A stretch of 64,000 nt of DNA from a candidate division TM6 bacterium UASB124 (GCA_945897315.1 CAMDFF010000001.1:21262-85261); one strand, 5' to 3'. Positions 1-9,561 are shown, numbered from the stretch's first letter. The notes: generated by a model from the sequence alone, not told the origin. Numbers and translations are program-made.

Positions 1-247
1 TAAGCAATTTTTTGCGTGCGCCTTCAAGCGTGTAACCTTGGTGGTATAATAAATCTTTGATGATTTGGAACGTTTGCAGATCTGCAATAGTATAGAAACG
101 GTAATTACTATCAGCTCGCTCAACAAAAAGCCCAAATTCCTGCTCCCAGAAGCGAATAACGAATTTTTTAACTTTTAGCTCATCCGCTAAGTCACCTATC
201 CGTAACTGACGTTGACCCGTGCTCATGGTGTGCTGTTGCATGCCCAT
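1..247 (-). CDS. MerR-family transcriptional regulator, N-terminal part only (runs off the window start)
   Basis: Absent from the ORF track because it has no stop codon inside the window. My minus-strand translation from the ATG at 247 is MGMQQHTMSTGQRQLRIGDLADELKVKKFVIRFWEQEFGLFVERADSNYRFYTIADLQTFQIIKDLLYHQGYTLEGARKKLL. This is a typical MerR winged-HTH N-terminus. It overlaps the 3' end of the upstream biotinyl-protein gene. Confidence 0.6.
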   Translation of the reverse strand, partial: MGMQQHTMSTGQRQLRIGDLADELKVKKFVIRFWEQEFGLFVERADSNYRFYTIADLQTFQIIKDLLYHQGYTLEGARKKLL

Positions 248-815
248 CTCCTTCATCCTCTAGTGATAATAAAACCTGATTGGGTTTTACCACATCACCA
301 TTATGAATGAAAATGATTTTGATACTCCCGTCAGCAGGAGCGCAGAGCTCATTCTCCATTTTCATGGATTCGATCATAAGCAAGGGTTGCCCACGTACGA
401 CAGACTGTCCCGGCAAAACCAATATTTTTGTAACACGTCCCGCAAGTGGACTCTTGACTGTCTTAGAATCGGCAGACTGCCCTGATAAGCTGGCCTGGTG
501 AGCTTGCGCAGGCAAGAAGAGTGATTGGTTGCGCTTATACTCAAGCGACTTTACGTATACTGCTTTCCCATCAGCTGCACATACCACAAACTGTTTGTTT
601 TGTTGATCAATAGAGGCTATACGCATAACATGGCGACGACCATTGCACATAAATTGAATAGTCTTATCGTCTGCAACATAGCGCACATCAGTCACGAGCA
701 AAGACTGTGCTGTACCATCAGGCTTAGTTACAACAACTGCAATGCTACCGTCATACTGCTTTATCGCTGCATAATGCCATTCTCGTGAACCTATCAGCAT
801 TTTTTTTATCGCCAT
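192..815 (-). CDS. Biotin carboxyl carrier (biotinyl-domain) protein with an N-terminal extension
   Basis: The C-terminal biotinyl domain carries the canonical biotinylation motif (PLLMIESMKMENEL). The likely start is the ATG at 815 (MAIKKML), preceded by GGAAGGGG and overlapping the stop of the biotin carboxylase gene by 10 nt, which suggests translational coupling. Confidence 0.8.
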   Translation of the reverse strand: MAIKKMLIGSREWHYAAIKQYDGSIAVVVTKPDGTAQSLLVTDVRYVADDKTIQFMCNGRRHVMRIASIDQQNKQFVVCAADGKAVYVKSLEYKRNQSLFLPAQAHQASLSGQSADSKTVKSPLAGRVTKILVLPGQSVVRGQPLLMIESMKMENELCAPADGSIKIIFIHNGDVVKPNQVLLSLEDEGDGHATAHHEHGSTSVTDR

Positions 816-2314
816 GACTGCCCCTTCCATCGACGACCCATAGACAGTACTTCTGTGGTGGGCAAAGGGATCTCAGCCATAGAAGATAGCACCATAGCCA
901 GCCCAGCATAGAGCTCATCATCAAGCGATAGTCGCTGTTCTTGGGTCAGCAAAAGAACCATATCAAAATCGGCGAGAGACTGCGTATGCAAGCCCCCATT
1001 GGCAAAAAGCGCAGACTGCAGAATACCCTGTAGTAGTTGCTGATTTGTACAGATACCCGCAATAAACAATCTTGAAAGCAAGCTCTGCATAATAATTTGT
1101 GCTTCTCCGCGATGGCTACCGTAACATAGTATCTTTGCAATCATTGGATCAAAAAATGGTGTGATTTCCATCCCTTCATGCAAATCATGCTCAAGTCGTG
1201 CACGTGGATGTAGTGGCCAGCTAATAGCCTGAATAGTACCTGTGGATGGCATAAATCGCTCACGCGGGTTTTCAGCGTACAGTCGGCATTGGATAGCATG
1301 GCCATGCAACTGTATATCTGCCTGCATAAGCGGAAGCTTGCCCGTCAGGGCCAAATCAATCTGTAGCCCAACTATATCAATTCCCGTAACCAGCTCAGTA
1401 ACACCGTGCTCAACCTGTAAGCGTGTATTCATTTCAAGGAAGTACCATTGCTCATCGGGAGTTACAATAAACTCAACAGTCGCAATGCTATCGTAGGCAA
1501 CAGCTAGGGCAAGGCGACAGGCTGCTTGATAGAGCTTATCTTTAAGCTCTTGGCTAATAAAAGACGCAGGAGCTTCTTCAATAATTTTTTGGTGCCTACG
1601 CTGAATCGAACATTCGCGTTCAAATAAATGGATAGCGCCCACACCATCAGCAGCAATTTGTACTTCAATGTGACGACCAGCAAGAATATATTTTTCAATT
1701 AACAGCGCACCTGTATTTGTTTGACGCGTTGCCTCAGCAATAACCATATCCCACGCAGCAGGAAAATCTGCTGCCGTCATGACACGGCGCATCCCTTTTC
1801 CACCGCCACCAAGCGGATCTTTAATAATTACAGGAAAGCCTATCTGTTCTGCTATGGCTCCTGCTTGCTGATATCCCTCAGAAGAAAGATCATTCACCAA
1901 AACACCCTCAAGCACAGAAACCCCCGCCTGCTGAGCAATCGCACGAGCACGCTCTTTGCTAGCCATGGCAATCATTGCTTGTGGTGCTGGCCCAAGCCAT
2001 ATCAACCCAGCGTCAATAACCCGCTGAGCAAACGAAGCTTGCTCAGAGAGAAAACCATACCCCGGGTGAACAGCATCTGCTCCGGCAATCTTAGCTATAG
2101 CAATAAGCTCGTCTTGCTGCAAGTACGCACTGCTCCCCTGTCCCTTTAATGGGTAAGCAGCTGTTGCATTAGCAACGTAGCTTAAACTAATATCTTCCGG
2201 TGCATAAACCGCTACCGTACACAATCCTCGCGTATGACATGTTGCCTGAATGCGCAAAGCAACCTCAGAGCGATTAGCGATAAGAACAGTATGTATCTTT
2301 TTATTCATACGCAA
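806..2314 (-). CDS. Biotin carboxylase (ATP-grasp) subunit of a biotin-dependent acyl-CoA carboxylase
   Basis: Motifs HPGYGFLSE, GGGGKGMR and FLEMNTRLQVEHGVTE. At 502 aa it is longer than a typical AccC, as if it included the linker region of MCC/PCC-type alpha subunits. Confidence 0.9.
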   Translation of the reverse strand: MRMNKKIHTVLIANRSEVALRIQATCHTRGLCTVAVYAPEDISLSYVANATAAYPLKGQGSSAYLQQDELIAIAKIAGADAVHPGYGFLSEQASFAQRVIDAGLIWLGPAPQAMIAMASKERARAIAQQAGVSVLEGVLVNDLSSEGYQQAGAIAEQIGFPVIIKDPLGGGGKGMRRVMTAADFPAAWDMVIAEATRQTNTGALLIEKYILAGRHIEVQIAADGVGAIHLFERECSIQRRHQKIIEEAPASFISQELKDKLYQAACRLALAVAYDSIATVEFIVTPDEQWYFLEMNTRLQVEHGVTELVTGIDIVGLQIDLALTGKLPLMQADIQLHGHAIQCRLYAENPRERFMPSTGTIQAISWPLHPRARLEHDLHEGMEITPFFDPMIAKILCYGSHRGEAQIIMQSLLSRLFIAGICTNQQLLQGILQSALFANGGLHTQSLADFDMVLLLTQEQRLSLDDELYAGLAMVLSSMAEIPLPTTEVLSMGRRWKGQSWR

Positions 2315-2319
2315 GACAA

Positions 2320-3738
2320 CTAGTCGCTTTCCGGTAGCACTAACGGCAACACAACAGGCTCCTCACCATAATCTAATATATCGCTTTTATCTTGAAGCGC
2401 CGTCGCGCAGGCATTTAAAAAATGTTGCGTATTATATTCTACAATTTTTTCAGGAGACTGCAGATATTCAATAAACTGATCATGAGGAAGGTGTAAAAAC
2501 AAGTCAGCAGCAAGCTTATAAAGCTCTTTTTGCTTAAAATGATTCCGGACATGATGATTTGAAGTGACAATGACCGCTTTGTCTGGTGCCGGAATAGCGT
2601 TATACAGCGTCTCAAATTCATAGCGACGGATCATATAATCGTTTTTTCCGAAGAAAAATAGCAAAGGCGTTTTGGTCAATGTAGAAACATAATCTAGTAA
2701 ATTAATATCAGAGTGATGCTGAATACCAATAACACGAGCAGCAATAAAATCTATGGCTTTTTTTACGCCTGAACGGCTAAAAAACCAATGCTTTGAGAAA
2801 CCGCCCGTTTGAGGGTTAACAAGCGTTGCAAAATCATTCTGAATTTTTTCTACAAATAGCGGTAGCGAAAGCCAGCACCCATCGAGAATAATTTTATCAA
2901 AAAGGCCATGTTCACGAATTTCTTTGTAATTTTTGAGTTGGTGATCAAGATGACTGAGCTCACGCTCTGCCGCATTGATCATTTTTGGATTGTGCGATTT
3001 CAATGCGTCTGGCAAACCAAAACGCACACGTTCGGTCAGAGCTGCCGTTTTAGCAAACACAAATGCTCCATAGCAAACACCAAGGCCATACACATGTGCA
3101 TACCCAGCCCCGTTATTATGTAACTTTTTACGCGCTCTAAAGCCTTCAACAACAGCAAAAACATCCAGATGCTCTTTCTCGCCAAAAGTAATGTCGCGTG
3201 GAGCTATGGCAAATATACGCTGAATTGGATCAATCACAAATTCTTCAGGGTTAAAACCATGACCACGCCAATCCATAAGTACAACGTCGTAATGTGGAAA
3301 CATATCCACAAATGGCGTCATCATTTCACGCTCATTCGTAAAGCCACCAGCCACAACGACTAACGTGTCACTATTCCGATTAAAGTATGTACACCCAAGC
3401 CGTACCTGATCTGCGGTGCTTGCCCAGTGTAACGTTGCAATATTCTCTTTGCAGGACTTTTTAGTGCTAACATGGTACTTGCGTACTTTTTTTACATCTT
3501 TAACAAATTCAGTATTAAAAAACATCGATTGATCAAGATCACGATTGATAATTTTTGCGACTTGATCAACACGATCATCAAGCCTAAAACCTTGCTGAGA
3601 GCCGTTAACAACTGCTGTCTTATAATCGTAAACAAAGTTTTTATTATGAGTAAATGCAGTTGGCCGTACCGCAGATTCTGCAGCAAGCGATGTTGTTATC
3701 ACCCCACATAGCAATAGCGCGAAACTCTTTAGATGCAT
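2320..3738 (-). CDS. Secreted alpha/beta-fold hydrolase, possibly with a Cys nucleophile
   Basis: N-terminal signal peptide (MHLKSFALLLCGVITTSLAAES). Alpha/beta-hydrolase-like core (VVVAGGFTNE...DVVLMDWRGHG). The nucleophile elbow reads G-V-C-Y-G rather than GxSxG. The gene ends 5 nt before the biotin carboxylase start. Confidence 0.55.
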   Translation of the reverse strand: MHLKSFALLLCGVITTSLAAESAVRPTAFTHNKNFVYDYKTAVVNGSQQGFRLDDRVDQVAKIINRDLDQSMFFNTEFVKDVKKVRKYHVSTKKSCKENIATLHWASTADQVRLGCTYFNRNSDTLVVVAGGFTNEREMMTPFVDMFPHYDVVLMDWRGHGFNPEEFVIDPIQRIFAIAPRDITFGEKEHLDVFAVVEGFRARKKLHNNGAGYAHVYGLGVCYGAFVFAKTAALTERVRFGLPDALKSHNPKMINAAERELSHLDHQLKNYKEIREHGLFDKIILDGCWLSLPLFVEKIQNDFATLVNPQTGGFSKHWFFSRSGVKKAIDFIAARVIGIQHHSDINLLDYVSTLTKTPLLFFFGKNDYMIRRYEFETLYNAIPAPDKAVIVTSNHHVRNHFKQKELYKLAADLFLHLPHDQFIEYLQSPEKIVEYNTQHFLNACATALQDKSDILDYGEEPVVLPLVLPESD

Positions 3739-3967
3739 TATTGTAATTCCTTAATAATATAGTTTTAATACCTGCCCACCCTACAAAAACCCTTACTGTA
3801 GCCCTAAACCAGTAAAAGCACTTCACTCTACTCAGCCATTTTTGATTTGTCAAATAAAAAAAATTACAGACTGAACTTTTAAAATAGCCGTTAGCGTAAA
3901 TGCGCACATTTGTTTATGCTAATGATGTCCTGATTGCAACTTCCCCCATTTATTTTGTACGATAAAA

Positions 3968-5203
3968 ATGAACCATTCAACTGTACGTAAAGATTTTCCT
4001 CTTATCAACCGCCTGCCACTGGTCTATCTTGACAATGCGGCAACTTCGCACAAACCGCAGATTATGCTTGATGCACTGCAACAGTTTTACGCTGACACTT
4101 ATGGTACCGTGCATCGCGGGCTGTATGCCTTAGGCGAAAACGCAACAACAAACTACGAGCAAGCACGAACAACCGTCGCCCAATTTATTAACACAACGGC
4201 TGAAAATATTATTTTCACCAAAGGCACGACCGAAAGCATAAATCTAGTTGCTGCTTCCTGGGGCATTGCTCATCTCAAAACTGGTGATGAAATTTTACTC
4301 ACAGAAGCCGAACACCATGCAAACTTGCTACCGTGGCAATGGGTTGCCGAGCAAACAGGTGCCAAACTTGTTTTTATCCCTCTCGACCACTCAACATTCT
4401 TGCTTCAAAACCCTGCTTCTTACCTCTCGGCTAAAACAAAACTCGTTGCCATTACCATGAATTCCAATGTTCTTGGCCCTATCTGGAAAGCAGGCGATCT
4501 TGCAAAAATCACCCAGCTAGCGCATCAATTTGGCGCTCTAGTCCTCCTCGACGCCGCGCAGGCCGTTGCACACCAACCTATTGACGCACAGGCGCTAGGC
4601 GCTGATTTTATCGTTTTTTCTGGTCACAAGCTTTTCGGTCCCACTGGCTCAGGCGTGCTGTATGCAAAATATGCCATTCAAGAGACGATGCAACCCTATC
4701 AACGGGGCGGAAGCATGGTGTACGAAGCATGGTTCGACCACGCAAGCTGGCAGCATGGCCCACAAAAATTTGAAGCCGGTACGCCGCTCATTGGGGAAGC
4801 CATTGGGCTCGCCGCATCAATTAATTACCTGCAAACGACGGTCAACTGGCAAACGCTTCATGAGCACGAAACATCCCTATGCAGACAACTGGTAACCGGA
4901 CTTGCCGCTATTCCCCGCGTGACAATTGTTGGCAACAAAGAGCTTCTCGCAAGCAATGGCCACCTTGTATCATTTGTCGTTCAGGGAATTCATGCACATG
5001 ATATTGCAAGCATGCTCGGCACCAGAAATATCGCCGTCCGCGCTGGCCACTTGTGTGCACAGCCACTTGTGAGAGCGTTAGGACACGAATCACTTGTGCG
5101 TGTCAGCGTTGCGCTATACAATACTGCGGCAGAAATAGACATCTTCTTACATGAACTTTCTGAAACTATTGCCCTTTTTAATCATCTTGTGGAGCGACCA
5201 TGA
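3968..5203 (+). CDS. sufS: Cysteine desulfurase, SufS type (class V aminotransferase fold)
   Basis: PLP-lysine motif FSGHKLFGPTGSGVLY and catalytic-Cys loop RAGHLCAQP. ATGA overlap with the downstream sufU. Confidence 0.9.
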   Translation: MNHSTVRKDFPLINRLPLVYLDNAATSHKPQIMLDALQQFYADTYGTVHRGLYALGENATTNYEQARTTVAQFINTTAENIIFTKGTTESINLVAASWGIAHLKTGDEILLTEAEHHANLLPWQWVAEQTGAKLVFIPLDHSTFLLQNPASYLSAKTKLVAITMNSNVLGPIWKAGDLAKITQLAHQFGALVLLDAAQAVAHQPIDAQALGADFIVFSGHKLFGPTGSGVLYAKYAIQETMQPYQRGGSMVYEAWFDHASWQHGPQKFEAGTPLIGEAIGLAASINYLQTTVNWQTLHEHETSLCRQLVTGLAAIPRVTIVGNKELLASNGHLVSFVVQGIHAHDIASMLGTRNIAVRAGHLCAQPLVRALGHESLVRVSVALYNTAAEIDIFLHELSETIALFNHLVERP

Positions 5204-5586
5204 GCAACGCCTTGTACCAAGAAAATTTGGTAGAGCACTTTAAATACCCACAGAACAAAAAAACTATTCCTGAAGCTGATTTTACAGTAGCTGATCATAA
5301 TCCGTCATGCGGTGATCGCATCAGCATGCAGGGCATAATAACTGATAATCTTTTAGCTGATGTTGGTTTTGATGGCTCTGGCTGCGTTATTAGCCAAGCA
5401 GCTGCATCAATGCTGACAGAACTCTGTTTAGGTAAAACAATTCCTGCTATACTCGCCCTAACAAGTAGCGATATTGCCGCGCTGGTGGCTATTCCGCTTG
5501 GCCCAACGCGACTTAAGTGTGCAGTTTTATCTTTACAAGCATTGCAACAAGGGCTTCGCGATTATCTCGCATCACAAAGCCTGTAG
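5200..5586 (+). CDS. sufU: Fe-S cluster assembly scaffold / sulfur acceptor, SufU/IscU family
   Basis: Three conserved Cys contexts (NPSCGDRISM, GSGCVISQAAASM, RLKCAVLSL). Translationally coupled to sufS. Confidence 0.85.
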   Translation: MSNALYQENLVEHFKYPQNKKTIPEADFTVADHNPSCGDRISMQGIITDNLLADVGFDGSGCVISQAAASMLTELCLGKTIPAILALTSSDIAALVAIPLGPTRLKCAVLSLQALQQGLRDYLASQSL

Positions 5587-5606
5587 TAGCGCAATGAAAG
5601 GATCTC

Positions 5607-7163
5607 ATGATTTCAGTTAAGCTAACGCAACAAGCTTTTTGGCAAAACAATGTCGAAGGCTATGTCATTCCTCTCAAAAAAGATTTGGCGCCTCTCAGCA
5701 CCGAAAATCTTTTAGAGCACATAGAAGAGCACTACTATCCACATCTCAAAGAGCTCTTAAAAAAACATCAATTTGATGGCGAAAAAGGACAGACCTTTAC
5801 ACTCACAGGCAAAAAAGCTGATACGCTCGTGCAATTTTTGTTCGTTGGTGTTGGCACCATGCTTGGATCTTGGCACCAAGAGCTTGAAACATTTCGTCGT
5901 GCAGTAGCCGCTGGTATCTTGATGGCAAAAAAAAATTATCTCAACGATGTGGCTATTGCCCTTCCTGCCGGCTCTATTTTCAATATAAGTGACAATGAGC
6001 TTGCCAAGCAAATGGCAATCCTTGCGCACATGGCAATTTACGAATTCACAACCTTTAAGACAGACAAAAAAAGGGCTCCATGGGCTGGCACACTCTTCCT
6101 GTGCCCCGCTCACCCTGAGCTTGTCGAACGGGCGAGCTCCCAGAGCGAGAAAGAGCGGGCTGTCGAAGTAGGCAATATTATCGGCGCAGCAATCAACCAA
6201 GCTCGTCACTGGGCAGACTTGCCAGCAAACCACATGACCCCTACTGTTCTTGCTAGCGAAGCAGAACGAATAGCAATAAAACATGGTTTTAAGGCAACTG
6301 TTTTCGGTCGAGAAAAAGCGCTAGAGCTTCAGATGGGCGGATTTTGCGCAGTTGATGCAGGCTCTGAGCAAGAGGGTAAATTTGTTGTACTTGAGTACAA
6401 AACAAAAGCACCAAATGCCCCAACTATTGCACTGTGCGGCAAGGGCGTTATTTTTGATACCGGCGGAATAAATCTTAAGCCAACAAGCGGCATTAGCGGC
6501 ATGAAATTTGATATGTCTGGCGCCGCTGCTGTGATCACCGTTATGGACATTATTGGCCAGCTCAAGCCAAATGTGAATGTTATCGGCCTCACCCCACTCG
6601 TAGAAAATATGCCAAGCGGCAAAGCAGCTCGCCCTGATGACGTTATTACCTGCATGAACGGCAAGACGGTAGAAATTCAAAATACTGATGCTGAAGGCCG
6701 CCTCATTCTTTCAGACACTCTGTGTTACGCAGAAAAGTATTTCAAGCCAGATGTAATGCTTGATATCGCAACACTTACCGGCGCAGTGCAGCACGCACTG
6801 GGCCATTTTTATACCGGCGTGATGACAAAAGATGATGCACTCGCAGATGCGCTTATTGCTATGGGTCGTAAGACTGGTGATCGCAGCTGGCAGCTACCAA
6901 TGGATGACGATTTCAAAGGTGCAATTCGCTCAGATGTTGCTGATATCCACAACAATGGCTCTTCGGCATATTTTGCTGGCACCATTGTCGGCGCAACATT
7001 CCTTTCAAACTTTGTAGAAAAAGCACGCTGGGCACACTTAGATATCGCTGGCACAGCACACGATGTTCCTGCGATAAATTATGTTGGCAAGGGATCAACA
7101 GGTGCAGGAATCAGACTTTTAACTGAATTCGTGATGACTTTTACTGAGCAAGCAAAAAACTAA
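5607..7163 (+). CDS. pepA: Leucyl aminopeptidase (M17 family)
   Basis: M17 signature NTDAEGRLILSD and metal-site region VIFDTGGINLKP. 518 aa. Confidence 0.9.
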   Translation: MISVKLTQQAFWQNNVEGYVIPLKKDLAPLSTENLLEHIEEHYYPHLKELLKKHQFDGEKGQTFTLTGKKADTLVQFLFVGVGTMLGSWHQELETFRRAVAAGILMAKKNYLNDVAIALPAGSIFNISDNELAKQMAILAHMAIYEFTTFKTDKKRAPWAGTLFLCPAHPELVERASSQSEKERAVEVGNIIGAAINQARHWADLPANHMTPTVLASEAERIAIKHGFKATVFGREKALELQMGGFCAVDAGSEQEGKFVVLEYKTKAPNAPTIALCGKGVIFDTGGINLKPTSGISGMKFDMSGAAAVITVMDIIGQLKPNVNVIGLTPLVENMPSGKAARPDDVITCMNGKTVEIQNTDAEGRLILSDTLCYAEKYFKPDVMLDIATLTGAVQHALGHFYTGVMTKDDALADALIAMGRKTGDRSWQLPMDDDFKGAIRSDVADIHNNGSSAYFAGTIVGATFLSNFVEKARWAHLDIAGTAHDVPAINYVGKGSTGAGIRLLTEFVMTFTEQAKN

Positions 7164-7172
7164 TGTTTTCAC

Positions 7173-7230
7173 ATATGCGGAATGGCAATCCTGATATTAG
7201 CACTAATATCAGGATTGCCATTCCGCATAT
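7173..7230. terminator. Perfect 28-bp-arm inverted repeat (hairpin) downstream of pepA
   Basis: atatgcggaatggcaatcctgatattag (7173-7200), then 'ca', then ctaatatcaggattgccattccgcatat (7203-7230). The arms are exact reverse complements. It begins 10 nt after the pepA stop and ends 90 nt before the ATPase start at 7320. There is no clear U-tract. Confidence 0.55.
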
Positions 7231-7319
7231 TATGCCTAAAATCTGGATTTGCGATCTCTTTTGTAGTAAAGTGAAAGAAAATACAGCTTTTCACTATGCT
7301 TAGGAAAAAGAGGAAGCCG

Positions 7320-8447
7320 ATGATTACACGGTATTTTTCGGATATCAATACGTTATTAGCACCTGGACAAGTTCTCATTATTTTTGGCCCACGGCGAGTA
7401 GGAAAGACAACCCTCATCAAACAGTTTTTAGAAACCACGCCATTAAAATACAAATTTGACACGGGTGACAGTATTCGCACGCAGCAGTTGCTTGGATCGC
7501 AAGATCTTGATCAAATTCTTGGTTATGCAGAAGGCTACCAATTATTGGTTATCGATGAAGCACAACAGATTCCAAATATCGGCATGGCACTCAAAATGCT
7601 TGTTGACCATGCACCACATCTGTTGATTATTGCAACAGGGTCATCTTCATTTGATCTGTCGCAAAATGTTGGCGAGCCACTTACGGGACGTAAGCGAACA
7701 ATAACTCTGTATCCTATTGCGCAGCTTGAACTTGCTGCTCGGTGGAATAAGCATGAACTGCGCGAACAGCTGCACGATTATTTGATTTTTGGTAGTTATC
7801 CCGCAATAGTCATGGCGGAAAGCAAACAAGAAAAAATGAGGCTATTGGCCGATCTTGTTGATTCGTACTTACTGAAAGATATCTTGGCGCTTGATAATAT
7901 TAAAAAATCTGAGGTGTTGTTGAACCTAGTTAAGTTATTGGCATTTCAGGTCGGCCAGCTAGTGTCACATAACGAGTTGGCCACTAAGCTGCGCATTGAT
8001 GCCAAAACCGTTGCTCGCTACCTTGATTTACTTGAAAAATCATTTGTGATTTGCAAGCTAGGGGCATTCAGCAGAAATCTACGTAACGAGCTCATGGGCA
8101 AGCATAAGTATTACTTTCTTGACCTTGGCGTGCGCAATGCTGTCATAGCAAACTTTAATGACGTACATACACGAGACGACCTGGGTGGGTTATGGGAAAA
8201 TTTTGTGTTCATAGAACGTCTAAAGTCAACCTCATATCGCGGTTTCTATGGCCATCGCTACTTCTGGCGAACGTACGAAGGTCACGAGGTTGATTTTATA
8301 GAAGACTTTAACCAACAGTTGAGTGGCTTTGAAGCGAAGTGGTCACCAACCAAAAAAGTTACTGCCCCAGCCCTCTGGAAGGAGACGTATCCTAACTCAT
8401 CCTTTACGGTAGTCTCGACGGATAATTATCTGGATGTGATCCTATAA
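7320..8447 (+). CDS. AAA-type ATPase with a DUF4143-like C-terminal domain (copy 1)
   Basis: Walker A GPRRVGKTT and Walker B LLVIDEAQ. C-terminal YYFLDLGVRN...WENFVFIERL...YFWRTYEGHEVDFI matches the paralog at 47365-48546. Start chosen at the ATG preceded by AAGAGGAAG (the ORF track starts at 7296). Confidence 0.8.
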   Translation: MITRYFSDINTLLAPGQVLIIFGPRRVGKTTLIKQFLETTPLKYKFDTGDSIRTQQLLGSQDLDQILGYAEGYQLLVIDEAQQIPNIGMALKMLVDHAPHLLIIATGSSSFDLSQNVGEPLTGRKRTITLYPIAQLELAARWNKHELREQLHDYLIFGSYPAIVMAESKQEKMRLLADLVDSYLLKDILALDNIKKSEVLLNLVKLLAFQVGQLVSHNELATKLRIDAKTVARYLDLLEKSFVICKLGAFSRNLRNELMGKHKYYFLDLGVRNAVIANFNDVHTRDDLGGLWENFVFIERLKSTSYRGFYGHRYFWRTYEGHEVDFIEDFNQQLSGFEAKWSPTKKVTAPALWKETYPNSSFTVVSTDNYLDVIL

Positions 8448-8510
8448 ACATACAGCAACGTACATTATTGCCCTTCAGGGAAAAATAGTTTGTTTTAGTG
8501 TAAAATTGTT

Positions 8511-8539
8511 TTGACGAACACACTTTTTTCAATTATTCT
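8511..8539 (+). promoter_or_regulatory. Candidate sigma-70-type promoter for the tRNA pair
   Basis: TTGACG (8511-8516), a 17-nt spacer, then TATTCT (8534-8539), about 30 nt upstream of tRNA-Val. Pattern match only. Confidence 0.3.
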
Positions 8540-8570
8540 TCGTAGACAATTGATTAATACAAGAATTTGA

Positions 8571-8647
8571 GGGCGAATAGCTCAGTTGGTTAGAGCATCT
8601 GCCTTACAAGCAGGGGGTCACAGGTTCGAATCCTGTTTCGCCCACCA
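8571..8647 (+). tRNA. tRNA-Val (anticodon UAC), CCA encoded
   Basis: Hand-folded cloverleaf: acceptor GGGCGAA/TTCGCCC, D arm GCTC-AGTTGGTTA-GAGC, anticodon stem TCTGC/GCAGG with loop CTTACAA, T arm ACAGG-TTCGAAT-CCTGT, 3' ACCA. Confidence 0.95.
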
Positions 8648-8735
8648 TTTTACGCTATGCACCTTCAGGGGTTTTTAGCTTAGAATGGCAAGTCAGTTTC
8701 ACCATAAACTGACCCCTCAAACAAGAAACTCTTAT

Positions 8736-8811
8736 TCCCCGATAGCTCAGTTGGTAGAGCAAACGACTGTTAATCGTTTTGTCGCAGGTTCGAATCCTGC
8801 TCGGGGAGCCA
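8736..8811 (+). tRNA. tRNA-Asn (anticodon GUU), CCA encoded
   Basis: Acceptor TCCCCGA/TCGGGGA, D arm GCTC-AGTTGGTA-GAGC, anticodon stem AACGA/TCGTT with loop CTGTTAA, T arm GCAGG-TTCGAAT-CCTGC, 3' GCCA. Confidence 0.95.
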
Positions 8812-8815
8812 GATT

Positions 8816-8849
8816 AAAAGCCTCGCTTAATCGCGAGGCTTTTTTGTTG
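8816..8849 (+). terminator. Rho-independent terminator after tRNA-Asn
   Basis: Stem gcctcgc (8820-8826) pairs with gcgaggc (8833-8839). It is flanked by an A-run and followed by ttttttgttg. Confidence 0.7.
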
Positions 8850-8964
8850 TCTATGTTTTTTACCCCACCTCTTTGCTAGAAACGCGCCAATCTGTTAGAA
8901 TTGTAAGGTATTATTAAGCGCGCGAGCTGCCACATTTAGGGATTCAAAGGGATTTAGTTTGATT

Positions 8965-9552
8965 ATGCAAAAACAACATATTTTAATTCTTCACACCACG
9001 ACACTTATACTGGCAGCCATCATTGGGACAACTCTCTACCCGCAACAACAGTTAAGCGCCCCTCTTAAACAACACCACGCAAGCATCAGCACTTCTCAGT
9101 CACCAAAAATTAATACTAAAACCGCAGCGGTTCAAGAATTTTTTCATTGTGAAAACTTAACCATACAAGACCCCATCGCTGCAGCTAAAACTACGAATTG
9201 CTATGAACTCTGCATGAAACCATGGAAAGCAAAATGCACAGCAGTTGCTTCGGTTTTGCATCTTAACCCTTGTAGCACAACCTCTTCACCGCAAGCATTT
9301 TCGTGGACTGATTTACATCCCCAAAAAAATATTCGAAACGTATGTTTTCCATTTATCACTGATAGTGCCTTGTCACCAAATATTGCGTCTATGAGGATAA
9401 AAATTGATACTGATGCTGCAACAATCTCTAACGTCTGTACTTTTGAGTACAGACAAATGAGAGCTCCTGATACTCTATCGCTGTACGGAAAACCCAATCC
9501 GAGAGATCTGGTGTATGACAAAATGCGGGCAGAGGCTATCCGACAGCCTTAA
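8965..9552 (+). CDS. Hypothetical exported Cys-containing protein
   Basis: ATG at 8965 preceded by AAGGGA. Hydrophobic N-terminal segment (ILILHTTTLILAAIIGTTL). I recognise no conserved domain. Confidence 0.4.
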   Translation: MQKQHILILHTTTLILAAIIGTTLYPQQQLSAPLKQHHASISTSQSPKINTKTAAVQEFFHCENLTIQDPIAAAKTTNCYELCMKPWKAKCTAVASVLHLNPCSTTSSPQAFSWTDLHPQKNIRNVCFPFITDSALSPNIASMRIKIDTDAATISNVCTFEYRQMRAPDTLSLYGKPNPRDLVYDKMRAEAIRQP

Positions 9553-9561
9553 TAACGCACT

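Noticed and set aside
8685-8879. 64-aa plus-strand ORF in the ORF track
   Set aside because: It runs straight through tRNA-Asn (8736-8811) and its terminator. It is an artefact of translating a structured RNA gene.
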